Assembly (NCBI GenBank): GCA_030606485.1
Contig: JAUWGH010000001.1
Coordinates: forward strand, 120,001 to 152,000
Origin: Promethearchaeota archaeon
Lineage (GTDB): Archaea; Asgardarchaeota; Lokiarchaeia; Sigyniarchaeales; SOKP01
DNA: 32,000 nt
Direction: 5' to 3'
Shown here: positions 1 through 8,364 of the stretch, piece by piece
Layout: every line of letters begins with the position of its first letter
Numbering within the stretch: position 1 is the stretch's first letter
Notes under the pieces: generated by a model
Databases searched by the model: none
Seen by the model: only the letters and a program-made list of their open reading frames with translations
What the model was told of the DNA's origin: nothing
Made by a program: the position numbers and the translations under genes

Positions 1-1390
1 AGGACTAATGGGTGTTCAACATAGAGGTCAAGAAGCAGTTGGCATCTCTATTGTAAATGGACATAATAAAATTCATTCTTATAAAAATCGTGGATTGGCT
101 GCGCAATCTTTAAATCAAGAACTTTTAAAACAATATTGGGGAAATGTTGGAATCGGTCATGTGAGATATGGCACAACTGAAACTTCGAATATTCTTTTTG
201 CTCAGCCGTACCAGTTTTGTTCTAACCAGATTGAATATTCTTTTGGTTTTAATGGTACTATTGCAAACTATATGAAATTAAAAATACAATTAGCAGAAAA
301 AGGAATAATAATCAATAGTAATAGTGATACTGAAGTAGTTGCAAATTTATTTGCTTCTTTAAGTATTGGTACTAAAGATTGGATTGAAATCTTTAGAATT
401 GCTGCAAAATTTCTCGATGGATCTTATTCTCTCACTTTATTAACGCCAGAGGGCGATATTTATGCTGTAAGAGATCCGTATGGATTTAAACCTTTATGTT
501 ATGGAGTAGTTGATGATGATAATCGAATTAAAAATGTTGTAGCATCAGAAAGTTGCGCAATAGATGCTGTTAATGGCAAATTAATTGATGATGTAAAACC
601 AGGACAAGTTGTTCATTTTGAACCTACAGGTAATATTAATAAGGAAACCTTTGCGAATTCAGAAAGAACAGCATTATGCCAATTTGAATTTGTTTACTTC
701 GCACGACCTGATTCGATAGTTGATGGAGTTCCTGTAAATAAAGCAAGAGAAAATTTAGGCATAAATTTGGCAAAAGAACACCCTTGTGATTTATATAATA
801 CTATTATTGTTCCAGTTCCTGATTCTGGGAGAAGTGCAGCATCAGGATATGCTAAAGAATCTGGATTTCCTTATGAAGAAGGTTTAATGAAGAATAGATA
901 TATTTGGCGAACTTTTATTATGCCTAGTCAAAAGAAACGTGAGAACGCAGTTTCTGAAAAATTAAATCCTATTAGATCTATTATAAATGGAAAAAATGTC
1001 GTTTTAGTTGATGATTCCATTGTAAGAGGAACAACAATGGCTCAGATCGTATCACTTCTTAGAAAGGGCGGAGCAAAATCAGTTCATGTGCGAATCTCCG
1101 CACCACCAATAAAAGCACCATGCTATATGGGAATTGATTTTCCCTCTTCTTCTGAATTATTGGCTGGACGGATGGAATATATAGATAAAGATAATTATAT
1201 AGAACTTGTTCGACAAAAAATTGGAGCTGACTCATTAAATTATCAAAGTATTGATGGTCTGGTAAGAGCTATAGGATTAAGAAAGGATCAACTTTGTTTA
1301 GCATGTTTAAATGAAGAATATGTAATTAAGAGTGCTTCAGAATTACAAAATTTAGAGAAATATTTTGTGAGAACGCATGATCACCCTTAA
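1..1390 (+). CDS. purF: Amidophosphoribosyltransferase (glutamine PRPP amidotransferase), 5'-truncated by the window edge
   Basis: QHRGQE, GHVRYGT, HNG-like FNG, RDPYGFKPL, CQFEFVYFARPDS, PVPDSG, PRPP-binding VVLVDDSIVRGTT, and Fe-S cysteines in CYMGID and CLACL. The frame is open upstream of ATG8 (gga cta atg) and the catalytic N-terminal Cys is absent, so the true start lies outside the window. Confidence 0.96.
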   Translation, partial: GLMGVQHRGQEAVGISIVNGHNKIHSYKNRGLAAQSLNQELLKQYWGNVGIGHVRYGTTETSNILFAQPYQFCSNQIEYSFGFNGTIANYMKLKIQLAEKGIIINSNSDTEVVANLFASLSIGTKDWIEIFRIAAKFLDGSYSLTLLTPEGDIYAVRDPYGFKPLCYGVVDDDNRIKNVVASESCAIDAVNGKLIDDVKPGQVVHFEPTGNINKETFANSERTALCQFEFVYFARPDSIVDGVPVNKARENLGINLAKEHPCDLYNTIIVPVPDSGRSAASGYAKESGFPYEEGLMKNRYIWRTFIMPSQKKRENAVSEKLNPIRSIINGKNVVLVDDSIVRGTTMAQIVSLLRKGGAKSVHVRISAPPIKAPCYMGIDFPSSSELLAGRMEYIDKDNYIELVRQKIGADSLNYQSIDGLVRAIGLRKDQLCLACLNEEYVIKSASELQNLEKYFVRTHDHP

Positions 1391-1509
1391 AGATTAATCA
1401 TTATATTAATTCAAAAATAATTAGGAAAAAAAATATAAATTATCCATCTTTTTATTAATTAGGACTTTTAAAAATTAAGTCTGGGTTGAGACTGGTTATG
1501 AGTTTCATA

Positions 1510-1692
1510 ATGGTAAGAGCATGTCATAGATGTAAAGAATATGTAGTTATTAACCCTGCTAACCCATCTAATCAAAAAATAATTAAGAAATTTGAATTAA
1601 AACATGCAAGACATGCACTTGTATCGCTTTCAATTTCGGAAGTAAAAGGCTATTATGAAAATGTCGGAAAAAAATTATTAGAAGAACAATAA
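1510..1692 (+). CDS. Small putative Zn-binding protein (CxxC ... HxxH), about 60 aa
   Basis: ORF track 1486..1692 begins at TTG; ATG1510 gives MVRACHRCKEY...KHARH. Codon usage is typical and an oligo-T tract follows the stop. Confidence 0.65.
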   Translation: MVRACHRCKEYVVINPANPSNQKIIKKFELKHARHALVSLSISEVKGYYENVGKKLLEEQ

Positions 1693-1820
1693 CTCTTTTT
1701 CTTTTAAGATTTTATTTGATTTTTAATAAACTCAATTTAATAATATCTACATAATATCCCATTTTTAATTTGATATTACTGGAGTATATATTAAAAAAAT
1801 ATGTAGGTGTAGTTGAAAAA

Positions 1821-1982
1821 GTGAAGTTAATAACAGTTCATGTTCCGGAAGTTTATATACGTGGAATAGAAGAATTGGTAAATTCTAACGTTTATCCAAA
1901 TAGATCGGAAGTTATTCGTGTAGCAATTAGAGATTTACTGAAAAGTGAATTAGGATCCCTAGTTACTATTACCTCACAATAA
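1821..1982 (+). CDS. Ribbon-helix-helix (CopG/Arc/MetJ) transcription regulator, CdrS-like
   Basis: From GTG1821: KLITVHVPEVYIRGIEELVNSNVYPNRSEVIRVAIRDLLK. This has an alternating beta-strand followed by the YPNRSExIRxAIRDLL signature of small archaeal RHH proteins. The track start TTG1770 is probably too far upstream. Confidence 0.88.
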   Translation: MKLITVHVPEVYIRGIEELVNSNVYPNRSEVIRVAIRDLLKSELGSLVTITSQ

Positions 1983-1989
1983 TCTCTTA

Positions 1990-1997
1990 TTTTTTTT
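1990..1997 (+). terminator. Oligo-T (archaeal intrinsic) terminator candidate after the RHH gene
   Basis: T8 run starting 8 nt after the stop codon. Confidence 0.45.
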
Positions 1998-2089
1998 ATT
2001 GTTTTAGGCGTTGCTAAATAAATTTAACTTAATAATAGAAATATGCAAATAGATTTCCAAATATTAAATATATCTTTATCTTGTTATAA

Positions 2090-2671
2090 ATGTTATTTAG
2101 AGTGAAAAAATTTTCAGAAAAGCTTCTACTTCCTTTAGGTACAAAGTTATCAAAGATTCCAGCAAATTACATTAGTATTTTTGGTTTTATTTCTGCAATT
2201 TTAGTATTTATAGGATTCTCTTTTAAATGGATTTTATTAGATATTATATTCCTCTGTTTTATCTTTTTACTTGATCAACTAGACGGTGTGATCGCTCGAC
2301 TCCAAGGAGCTACAAAATTCGGAGGATTTTTAGATTCAACATTAGATCGATATTCAGATATATTGATCTTTGTTGGAATTATACTTGGAGAATATACTGA
2401 GATAATAATTGGATTTATTGTTATTTTCGGTGCATTCTTAACCTCTTATACTAGAGCAAAAATAGAAGCTCTGGGTATTGTAAGTTTAAGTGGTGTGGGG
2501 TTATTGGAACGGACAGACAGGATTCCAATACTTATTATTGGAACAATAATCCAAATCTGGATCCCATTTGCTATTTGGTGGACAATGGTAATATTAGCAA
2601 TTGGAACTCACCTAACTGCAATTCAACGATTTATTTTTGCGTATAAAAATTTATCTCATAAATCAGAGTAG
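2090..2671 (+). CDS. CDP-alcohol phosphatidyltransferase, likely archaetidylinositol-phosphate synthase type
   Basis: Signature DxxDGxxAR...GxxxDxxxD is present as DQLDGVIARLQGATKFGGFLDSTLDRYSD; SYTRAKIE and GLLERTDR motifs; multiple hydrophobic segments. Confidence 0.9.
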   Translation: MLFRVKKFSEKLLLPLGTKLSKIPANYISIFGFISAILVFIGFSFKWILLDIIFLCFIFLLDQLDGVIARLQGATKFGGFLDSTLDRYSDILIFVGIILGEYTEIIIGFIVIFGAFLTSYTRAKIEALGIVSLSGVGLLERTDRIPILIIGTIIQIWIPFAIWWTMVILAIGTHLTAIQRFIFAYKNLSHKSE

Positions 2672-2693
2672 ATTTTTAAATGTATCTCCTTTA

Positions 2694-3542
2694 TTACATT
2701 TTATCTTTTAAAGTATCTGTTACCTTTAAGATTTTTTCTCGAAACCAGTGTTCGTCTGGTTCCTTGTGTTGAGTACTAATAAAATTTATTACAGAAGAAA
2801 ACAATGGAAAGTAAAAATTTGTTATGGAATACTTAATTCTATCGAGTTCAAAAGGGATTTTTCCGTTTTCATCATAATAATTCTTTGAAAAACTACAGTT
2901 CAATGTGTTTATATTATTTCTCCATTGATGACCTAAAATTCTATAAATATTAACATCATTTTTAATCTTCCGTAAGGGTTGTACCAATTCAATCTGATGC
3001 TTTTTTAATAAGGATTTATACAAATCTAAAATCTCAGAAATTTGATTCAACTTTTCAACGGAATTATGAGACTCCCTTTCACCTGTTATGATTTTTTGAA
3101 TATTATAAAAATTTGCTATAGGAATTCTCATCATATGAAGAAATAAATGACATGCTGGACATGGGGTAAAATATCCGAAATATTTTTGAACTATAGCAAT
3201 ATTTTGTAAAATTAATTGTTCAAATAAATTTCCGACATCGAGATAAATAAAGGGCATGAAATCTAATTTTTTTAATAAATACAACTTTACTAGATAATCG
3301 AAATTTTCCCAAGGTTCATTTTTATTACCATATAAAACCCGATGATATAAACTAATTCCTAGCAATGACTTTACTTCGTTCTCCTTAAATAATTGAATCA
3401 CTGCAGCAATACTGTCTTTTCCTGCAATTTCGGCAATAAATCGATTTGAATTAACATCAAGTAGAATTGGAGGATTTTTAAAGAAATCTACATATTTTAT
3501 TATTTGTATTTTAGTGGGTATGTTGATGCACCATAAATTAGG
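2694..3542 (-). CDS. PP-loop (adenine nucleotide alpha-hydrolase-like) protein with a CxxC motif; start codon unresolved (track ORF 2694..3401 is N-terminally incomplete)
   Basis: The frame stays open from 3542 to the stop at 2694. The upstream extension contains FIAEIAGKDSIAA (PP-loop-like, 3402-3440); the body has PCPACHLFLH and ITGERESH. Confidence 0.65.
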   Translation of the reverse strand, partial: PNLWCINIPTKIQIIKYVDFFKNPPILLDVNSNRFIAEIAGKDSIAAVIQLFKENEVKSLLGISLYHRVLYGNKNEPWENFDYLVKLYLLKKLDFMPFIYLDVGNLFEQLILQNIAIVQKYFGYFTPCPACHLFLHMMRIPIANFYNIQKIITGERESHNSVEKLNQISEILDLYKSLLKKHQIELVQPLRKIKNDVNIYRILGHQWRNNINTLNCSFSKNYYDENGKIPFELDRIKYSITNFYFPLFSSVINFISTQHKEPDEHWFREKILKVTDTLKDKM

Positions 3543-3682
3543 CTATAGCAAAAATTTTTGTTAATTTAATAGTTAATTCCAAGTCAAAAATATTTTTTGA
3601 TTTTCTATTTATTTATAAATTAATAATTATTTATTTTCAAAATAAATTAATAAATACTTAAAAAATCAAGAAAATGTTATAA

Positions 3683-3688
3683 AGGTGA
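3683..3688 (+). promoter_or_regulatory. Shine-Dalgarno-like AGGTGA upstream of mch
   Basis: AGGTGA lies 9 nt before ATG3698 and matches the archaeal GGAGGUGA consensus. Confidence 0.55.
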
Positions 3689-3697
3689 GATAAATAA

Positions 3698-4696
3698 ATG
3701 GCATTTTTGAGTGTAAATAAATTAGCATTAGAGATTGTAAAAAAAGTTACTTCAAATAAGGAAATATTAAACATTTCAGTTGAAACTTTGTCAAATGACG
3801 CCACAGTATTAGATTTTAGTAAAGGATCTTATGGGGCTGGTAAATTCTTATCTGAAATTTGTCTAGGAGGTCTTGGAATTGTCAAATTTACAAATTATAT
3901 GCTGGATAAACATTATATTCCTGCTGTTACTGTCAATACTTCTGAGCCAATAATTTCTTGCATGGCATCTCAATTCGCAGGGTGGAATGTAAAACTAAAA
4001 AAAGAAGTGGAAATTGACGGAGAAATCAAAAAGAAGAAGGTTTTTGAATCTTTAGGTTCTGGCCCCGCTAGAGCGCTATCACGAGTTGAAAAAGATTTAT
4101 ATGAAGAATTGGGGTATAAAGATGATGCCGATTGTGCAATTTTAGTATTTGAAACAGCAAAATTACCCAATGAGGAAGTAATGGAATTAGTAGCTAAAAA
4201 ATGCGGAGTGAGTCCCAGTAATACTTATGCATGTTGTGCACCCACAGCATGTTTGTGTGGCTCAATTCAAGTAGCATCAAGAATTGTAGAAACGGGTATT
4301 CATAAACTGCATGAGTTACATTTTCCGTTAGATGTGATTAAATATGGTTTTGGAACGACCACAATTGCCCCTATTGCAAAAGATGATTTAAAAGCGATGG
4401 GAGTTACTAACGACTCATTAATTGCAACTGGAAGTGTATATTATACAATTGAAGCTGACAAAGAAAAACAAGAAGAGTTATGGGAACTTATTAAAAAAGC
4501 ACCCTCAAACACATCTTCCAGCTATGGAAAACCTTTCATTGAAACCTTTAAAGAAGTCGACTATAAATTCTATGATATTGACCCAGGACTTTTCGCTCCA
4601 GCATTATATACTGTAAATAATTCAAAAACTGGGAAAACAATATCGGCTGGAGCTATAAATAACGACCTTCTTAAATTATCTTATGGTTTATCTTAA
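3698..4696 (+). CDS. mch: Methenyltetrahydromethanopterin cyclohydrolase
   Basis: LSVNKLA N-terminus, EICLGGLG, CMASQFAGW, GSGPARAL, APTACLCGSIQVASRIVETGIHKL, AMGVTND, FYDIDPGLFAP; 332 aa. Confidence 0.95.
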   Translation: MAFLSVNKLALEIVKKVTSNKEILNISVETLSNDATVLDFSKGSYGAGKFLSEICLGGLGIVKFTNYMLDKHYIPAVTVNTSEPIISCMASQFAGWNVKLKKEVEIDGEIKKKKVFESLGSGPARALSRVEKDLYEELGYKDDADCAILVFETAKLPNEEVMELVAKKCGVSPSNTYACCAPTACLCGSIQVASRIVETGIHKLHELHFPLDVIKYGFGTTTIAPIAKDDLKAMGVTNDSLIATGSVYYTIEADKEKQEELWELIKKAPSNTSSSYGKPFIETFKEVDYKFYDIDPGLFAPALYTVNNSKTGKTISAGAINNDLLKLSYGLS

Positions 4697-4698
4697 AA

Positions 4699-4709
4699 TT
4701 TTTTTTTTT
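4699..4709 (+). terminator. Oligo-T terminator candidate after mch
   Basis: T11 run immediately after TAA4696. Confidence 0.55.
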
Positions 4710-4725
4710 AATTTTTACTTTTGTA

Positions 4726-5325
4726 TTACCCTCTAAAATTCTGCTTTGCTCCAACTAACGTAGTAGTTTCTTCCATAATTGTTGATAACTCATTCTCGCT
4801 ACGTAAATTAGTAATAATTTTATCTAATTCATTAAGTTTGGAAAATGATATAGCTACCAATAAATCCCAGCCTCCATAAATCGGAGAAGTATATGTAATT
4901 AACCAATCTTCTCCATACTCGGTTGATCTTAAATCTTTTATCTTATTTACAATTTCATCTTCTAATCCAATTTTTCTTAATCTCACAAGAACGTAAGCAC
5001 GATAATATAGATTTTGAGATTTTATTTTTGTAGCATCAAAATTATTCTTTATACTAATAAATGTTATAGATTCTTCGATCATCTTAGATAATTCCTCATC
5101 GATGTTAAAAAAAGTTTTCAAGTTATCTAATTCTTCATGCTTTGAAAGACATATCTCCAATAAAATATCCCACGATCCAAATATGGGCGTACAATAAAAA
5201 ACATACCAATCTTCATCTTCATCATCTTCTCTTGATTTTAAATTTCTAACTTTCTCCACTACTTTCCATTCTGAACCTGTCTCCCGTAGTCTTAAAAGAA
5301 TGTATCCTTTGTAATATTTTGGCAT
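4726..5325 (-). CDS. Tandem (duplicated) Lrp/AsnC ligand-binding (RAM-like) domain protein without an HTH
   Basis: Two ~90-aa internal repeats: YKGYILLRLR..DW..PIFGSWDILL..ELS..EESIT and YRAYVLVRLR..DW..PIYGGWDLLV..ELS..EETTT. The GxWD-I/L-L pattern is typical of AsnC C-terminal domains. Confidence 0.65.
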   Translation of the reverse strand: MPKYYKGYILLRLRETGSEWKVVEKVRNLKSREDDEDEDWYVFYCTPIFGSWDILLEICLSKHEELDNLKTFFNIDEELSKMIEESITFISIKNNFDATKIKSQNLYYRAYVLVRLRKIGLEDEIVNKIKDLRSTEYGEDWLITYTSPIYGGWDLLVAISFSKLNELDKIITNLRSENELSTIMEETTTLVGAKQNFRG

Positions 5326-5416
5326 GTTAGGAAATATTTTTTTGTGTTTATTACTATTTATTATATTTAATTAAATTATAAAATTTAGCTAATAATTAGA
5401 AGTAATTTAGAAAAAT

Positions 5417-7183
5417 ATGATAAACCGTGAAGAGATAGAAAAATCTATTTGGATTGAAGGCCTCAAAAATGCTATAAAATTTGAAGGTATCGCCCAAAGA
5501 AAAGCAATTATCGGTAAGTTAATAGCTTTAAATGGTGAAATTCGTCTAAAATTAAAAAATATAATGCCATTAATAGATTCAATAATTGAGGAAATCAATA
5601 ATTTATCATTAAATGCACAAAAAGAAAAATTATTCTCTTTAGCGCCATCTGCTTTAGAGAAAATGAAAGAAAAAGTAGAAGAATTTAAAACATTACCAGA
5701 ATTGCCAAATGTAGAGAATTATAAAAAAGTAGTAATGCGACTTGCACCATATCCAAGTGGGGCTCTTCATATCGGTAATGCTCGGATGATTATTCTGAAT
5801 GATGAGTATGTAAAAAGATACAATGGAGAACTAATTTTATTTTATGATGACACGATTGGTAGTTCTAAAGCTAAAAGAAATGATCCAAAAGCAAAATATA
5901 TTCTTCCTGAGGCGTATGACTTAATCAAGGAAGGATTGGAATGGTTAGGAGTAAAATATAATAAGGAATATTATAAGAGTGATCGATTGGAAATTTACTA
6001 TAAATATTGTAAACAACTTCTCACTGAAAATAATGCATATGTTTGTTTATGTGAAGCCAATGATTTTAGAGAGAACTATAAAAAAACTGGAAAGGAATGT
6101 CCTCATCGAAATAATACTCCCGAGAAAAATCTGGAAGGTTGGGAAAAAATGTTAAATGGTGATTATCAAGAGATGACAGCCGTTGTTCGATTGAAAACTG
6201 GTATGGATCAGAAAGATCCTGCCTTAAGAGATCAAATTATCATGCGAATATCTGATGCAGAACATCCACGAGTCGGTACTAAATATCGAGTCTGGCCCAT
6301 GCTTGAATTTTCTTGGGGAATTGATGATTATTTAATTGGAGTTTCTCACATTTTAAGGGGTTCTGATCTGGTTAAAGAAGATATCATTGAAAAATTCATC
6401 TGGGATATATTTAATTGGAAATATTGTGAATTTCTACACTATGGTAGATTAAATTTTCAGGAAAAAAAACTCAGTAAAACACTATCAAGAAATGCAATTT
6501 TACAAGGAACTTATAAAGGATGGTATGATCCAAGAACTTGGAGTATACAATCTCTTAAAAAGCGGGGTATTAAGCCTCAAGCTTTAAGGGTAACATTATT
6601 TAATTTAGGATTGTCTCTTTCAGGAATTACATTCTCTGATCAATGGTTATATGCCAAAAACTCTGAATTGATTGATTCTATCTCGAATAGGTACTTTTTT
6701 GTTAATAATCCCATATCATTGATAATAGAGGATATTCCGTTTGAGGAGATTAAGGCAGAACCGTTTTTATTACCAACTAATCCAAAAAAAGGTAAAAGAT
6801 TAATAAAAAGTAAAGTAATAGAAGGTAAATTAAAGGTGTATATCTCTAAAAGGGATGCTGGGAAATTAACTCAGAACAACCAAATACGTTTAAAAGACTT
6901 ATTTAATATTAAAATAACTGAAATTTTAAAGACGACTAATTTAATTAATGCTAAATTTACCAGTAAAGAATTAGATCGAACTTTTAAAATCATTCATTGG
7001 GTTCTTCAAGAAGAAAATATTAAAGTTAAAATTTTAAGAATTGATGGTTTAGTGGATGAAGGTTATGGAGAATTGAATTTATTAGATATTCCCATGAATA
7101 AAACTATTCAATTCGAAAGATATGGTTTTGTTAACCCTATAGAACTGAAAGAAAATGAATTATTTTGTTATTTTACTCAATAA
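5417..7183 (+). CDS. gltX: Glutamyl-tRNA synthetase, archaeal type
   Basis: RLAPYPSGALHIGN (HIGH motif), Zn motif CLC...CPHR, RDQIIMRI, VWPMLEF, SHILRGSD, LSKT, WYDPR, C-terminal QFERYGFV; 588 aa. Confidence 0.96.
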   Translation: MINREEIEKSIWIEGLKNAIKFEGIAQRKAIIGKLIALNGEIRLKLKNIMPLIDSIIEEINNLSLNAQKEKLFSLAPSALEKMKEKVEEFKTLPELPNVENYKKVVMRLAPYPSGALHIGNARMIILNDEYVKRYNGELILFYDDTIGSSKAKRNDPKAKYILPEAYDLIKEGLEWLGVKYNKEYYKSDRLEIYYKYCKQLLTENNAYVCLCEANDFRENYKKTGKECPHRNNTPEKNLEGWEKMLNGDYQEMTAVVRLKTGMDQKDPALRDQIIMRISDAEHPRVGTKYRVWPMLEFSWGIDDYLIGVSHILRGSDLVKEDIIEKFIWDIFNWKYCEFLHYGRLNFQEKKLSKTLSRNAILQGTYKGWYDPRTWSIQSLKKRGIKPQALRVTLFNLGLSLSGITFSDQWLYAKNSELIDSISNRYFFVNNPISLIIEDIPFEEIKAEPFLLPTNPKKGKRLIKSKVIEGKLKVYISKRDAGKLTQNNQIRLKDLFNIKITEILKTTNLINAKFTSKELDRTFKIIHWVLQEENIKVKILRIDGLVDEGYGELNLLDIPMNKTIQFERYGFVNPIELKENELFCYFTQ

Positions 7184-7252
7184 AAAATGTTTTTTAATGA
7201 AATTGAGATTTTACAAAACTAAAAATAAAAAATTTGATATATTAATAATAGT

Positions 7253-8329
7253 TTGGATTTGAAGAATATGAATGATAAAAATTTTGAAGATGATGAAACC
7301 GAATTCGAATTACCCAAAAAACCGATGGATACTTTATGGGAATTTTGTCCTCGTTGTGGTAATCGCTTACCATCAGTTGAAAATATTAGATTCTGTATGC
7401 AATGTGGTTTTGATATTCAATATTTCAAACAATTTAAATCATTACCATCTACAATCCCATTAACACCTATTGATAAAAGAATAAAATTAAATGATGATGA
7501 GTTAATCAAGACTAAAGAGAAAAAATTATGGGGAATTTTTAGCTCATTTGGTTTACCTATTCTGTCTTTTATTCTTGTTGAAGTGTTAATTCTGGTTATA
7601 GCATTAATTATAATTATTCCATTGATTTTTACAATGGAAAATCCTTCTGAACTTCTTGAATTTTTAACTAGCCCTTTATTTGTTTCTCTAGCAACAATTG
7701 CAGAACTGATTTTTTTCTTTATTCCAATATGGTATGTTGGTAAATATATCCAACATCCTACATTTAATAATCGAATTAAACTCTTAGGGATTTTTAATAA
7801 TGAAAATAAGGATAATTATATTTTAAAAGAAGTTTTAATTGGTCTATTATTTGCCGTTAGTGCATATTTCATAGTTAATCTCGTATCAATTTTAACAGAC
7901 TTAACTTTTGGGGCAATATTTGGCCCAGAATTTCTTGAAAGAGCATATGGTACTGCGGAAGGTTCTGGTTTTACTACAGATATGCTAGCATCAAACATAT
8001 TAGAATTGATTTTAATGATAGTAATGATGATTTTAATTGTGGGTCCATCTGAGGAAATAATTTTCCGAGGATTCACTCAAAAAGGATGGGATAGACATTT
8101 TGGACAAAAATGGGCTTTGATTTGTACAGCTATTTTATTTACTTTTTTCCATGTAATTCCAATACTCATGCCTACTGAATTATTTCTTTTGCTTTTCCCA
8201 CCTTATTTTGTTATTTCCCTAATGTTAGGTGCATTATATATTTGGAGAAAGGAAAATTTAATAGCATGTATAGTTGGACATGGCGTATATAACGCTGTAA
8301 CTATATCAATTGCTTTTTTATTTTTTTAA
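7253..8329 (+). CDS. CPBP family intramembrane glutamic endopeptidase (Abi/CAAX type II) with an N-terminal zinc ribbon
   Basis: EEIIFRG, FTFFH and HGVYN motifs; about 8 TM segments; N-terminal CPRCG...CMQCG. The start may be ATG7268. Confidence 0.88.
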   Translation: MDLKNMNDKNFEDDETEFELPKKPMDTLWEFCPRCGNRLPSVENIRFCMQCGFDIQYFKQFKSLPSTIPLTPIDKRIKLNDDELIKTKEKKLWGIFSSFGLPILSFILVEVLILVIALIIIIPLIFTMENPSELLEFLTSPLFVSLATIAELIFFFIPIWYVGKYIQHPTFNNRIKLLGIFNNENKDNYILKEVLIGLLFAVSAYFIVNLVSILTDLTFGAIFGPEFLERAYGTAEGSGFTTDMLASNILELILMIVMMILIVGPSEEIIFRGFTQKGWDRHFGQKWALICTAILFTFFHVIPILMPTELFLLLFPPYFVISLMLGALYIWRKENLIACIVGHGVYNAVTISIAFLFF

Positions 8330-8364
8330 AATACTAATATAAAATCATAGACCATTGTTGAAAA

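Noticed and set aside
5846-5905. Possible short insertion in GluRS (DDTIGSSKAKRNDPKAKYILPEAY)
   Set aside because: This loop varies in length among archaeal GluRSs, and I cannot judge novelty without an alignment.
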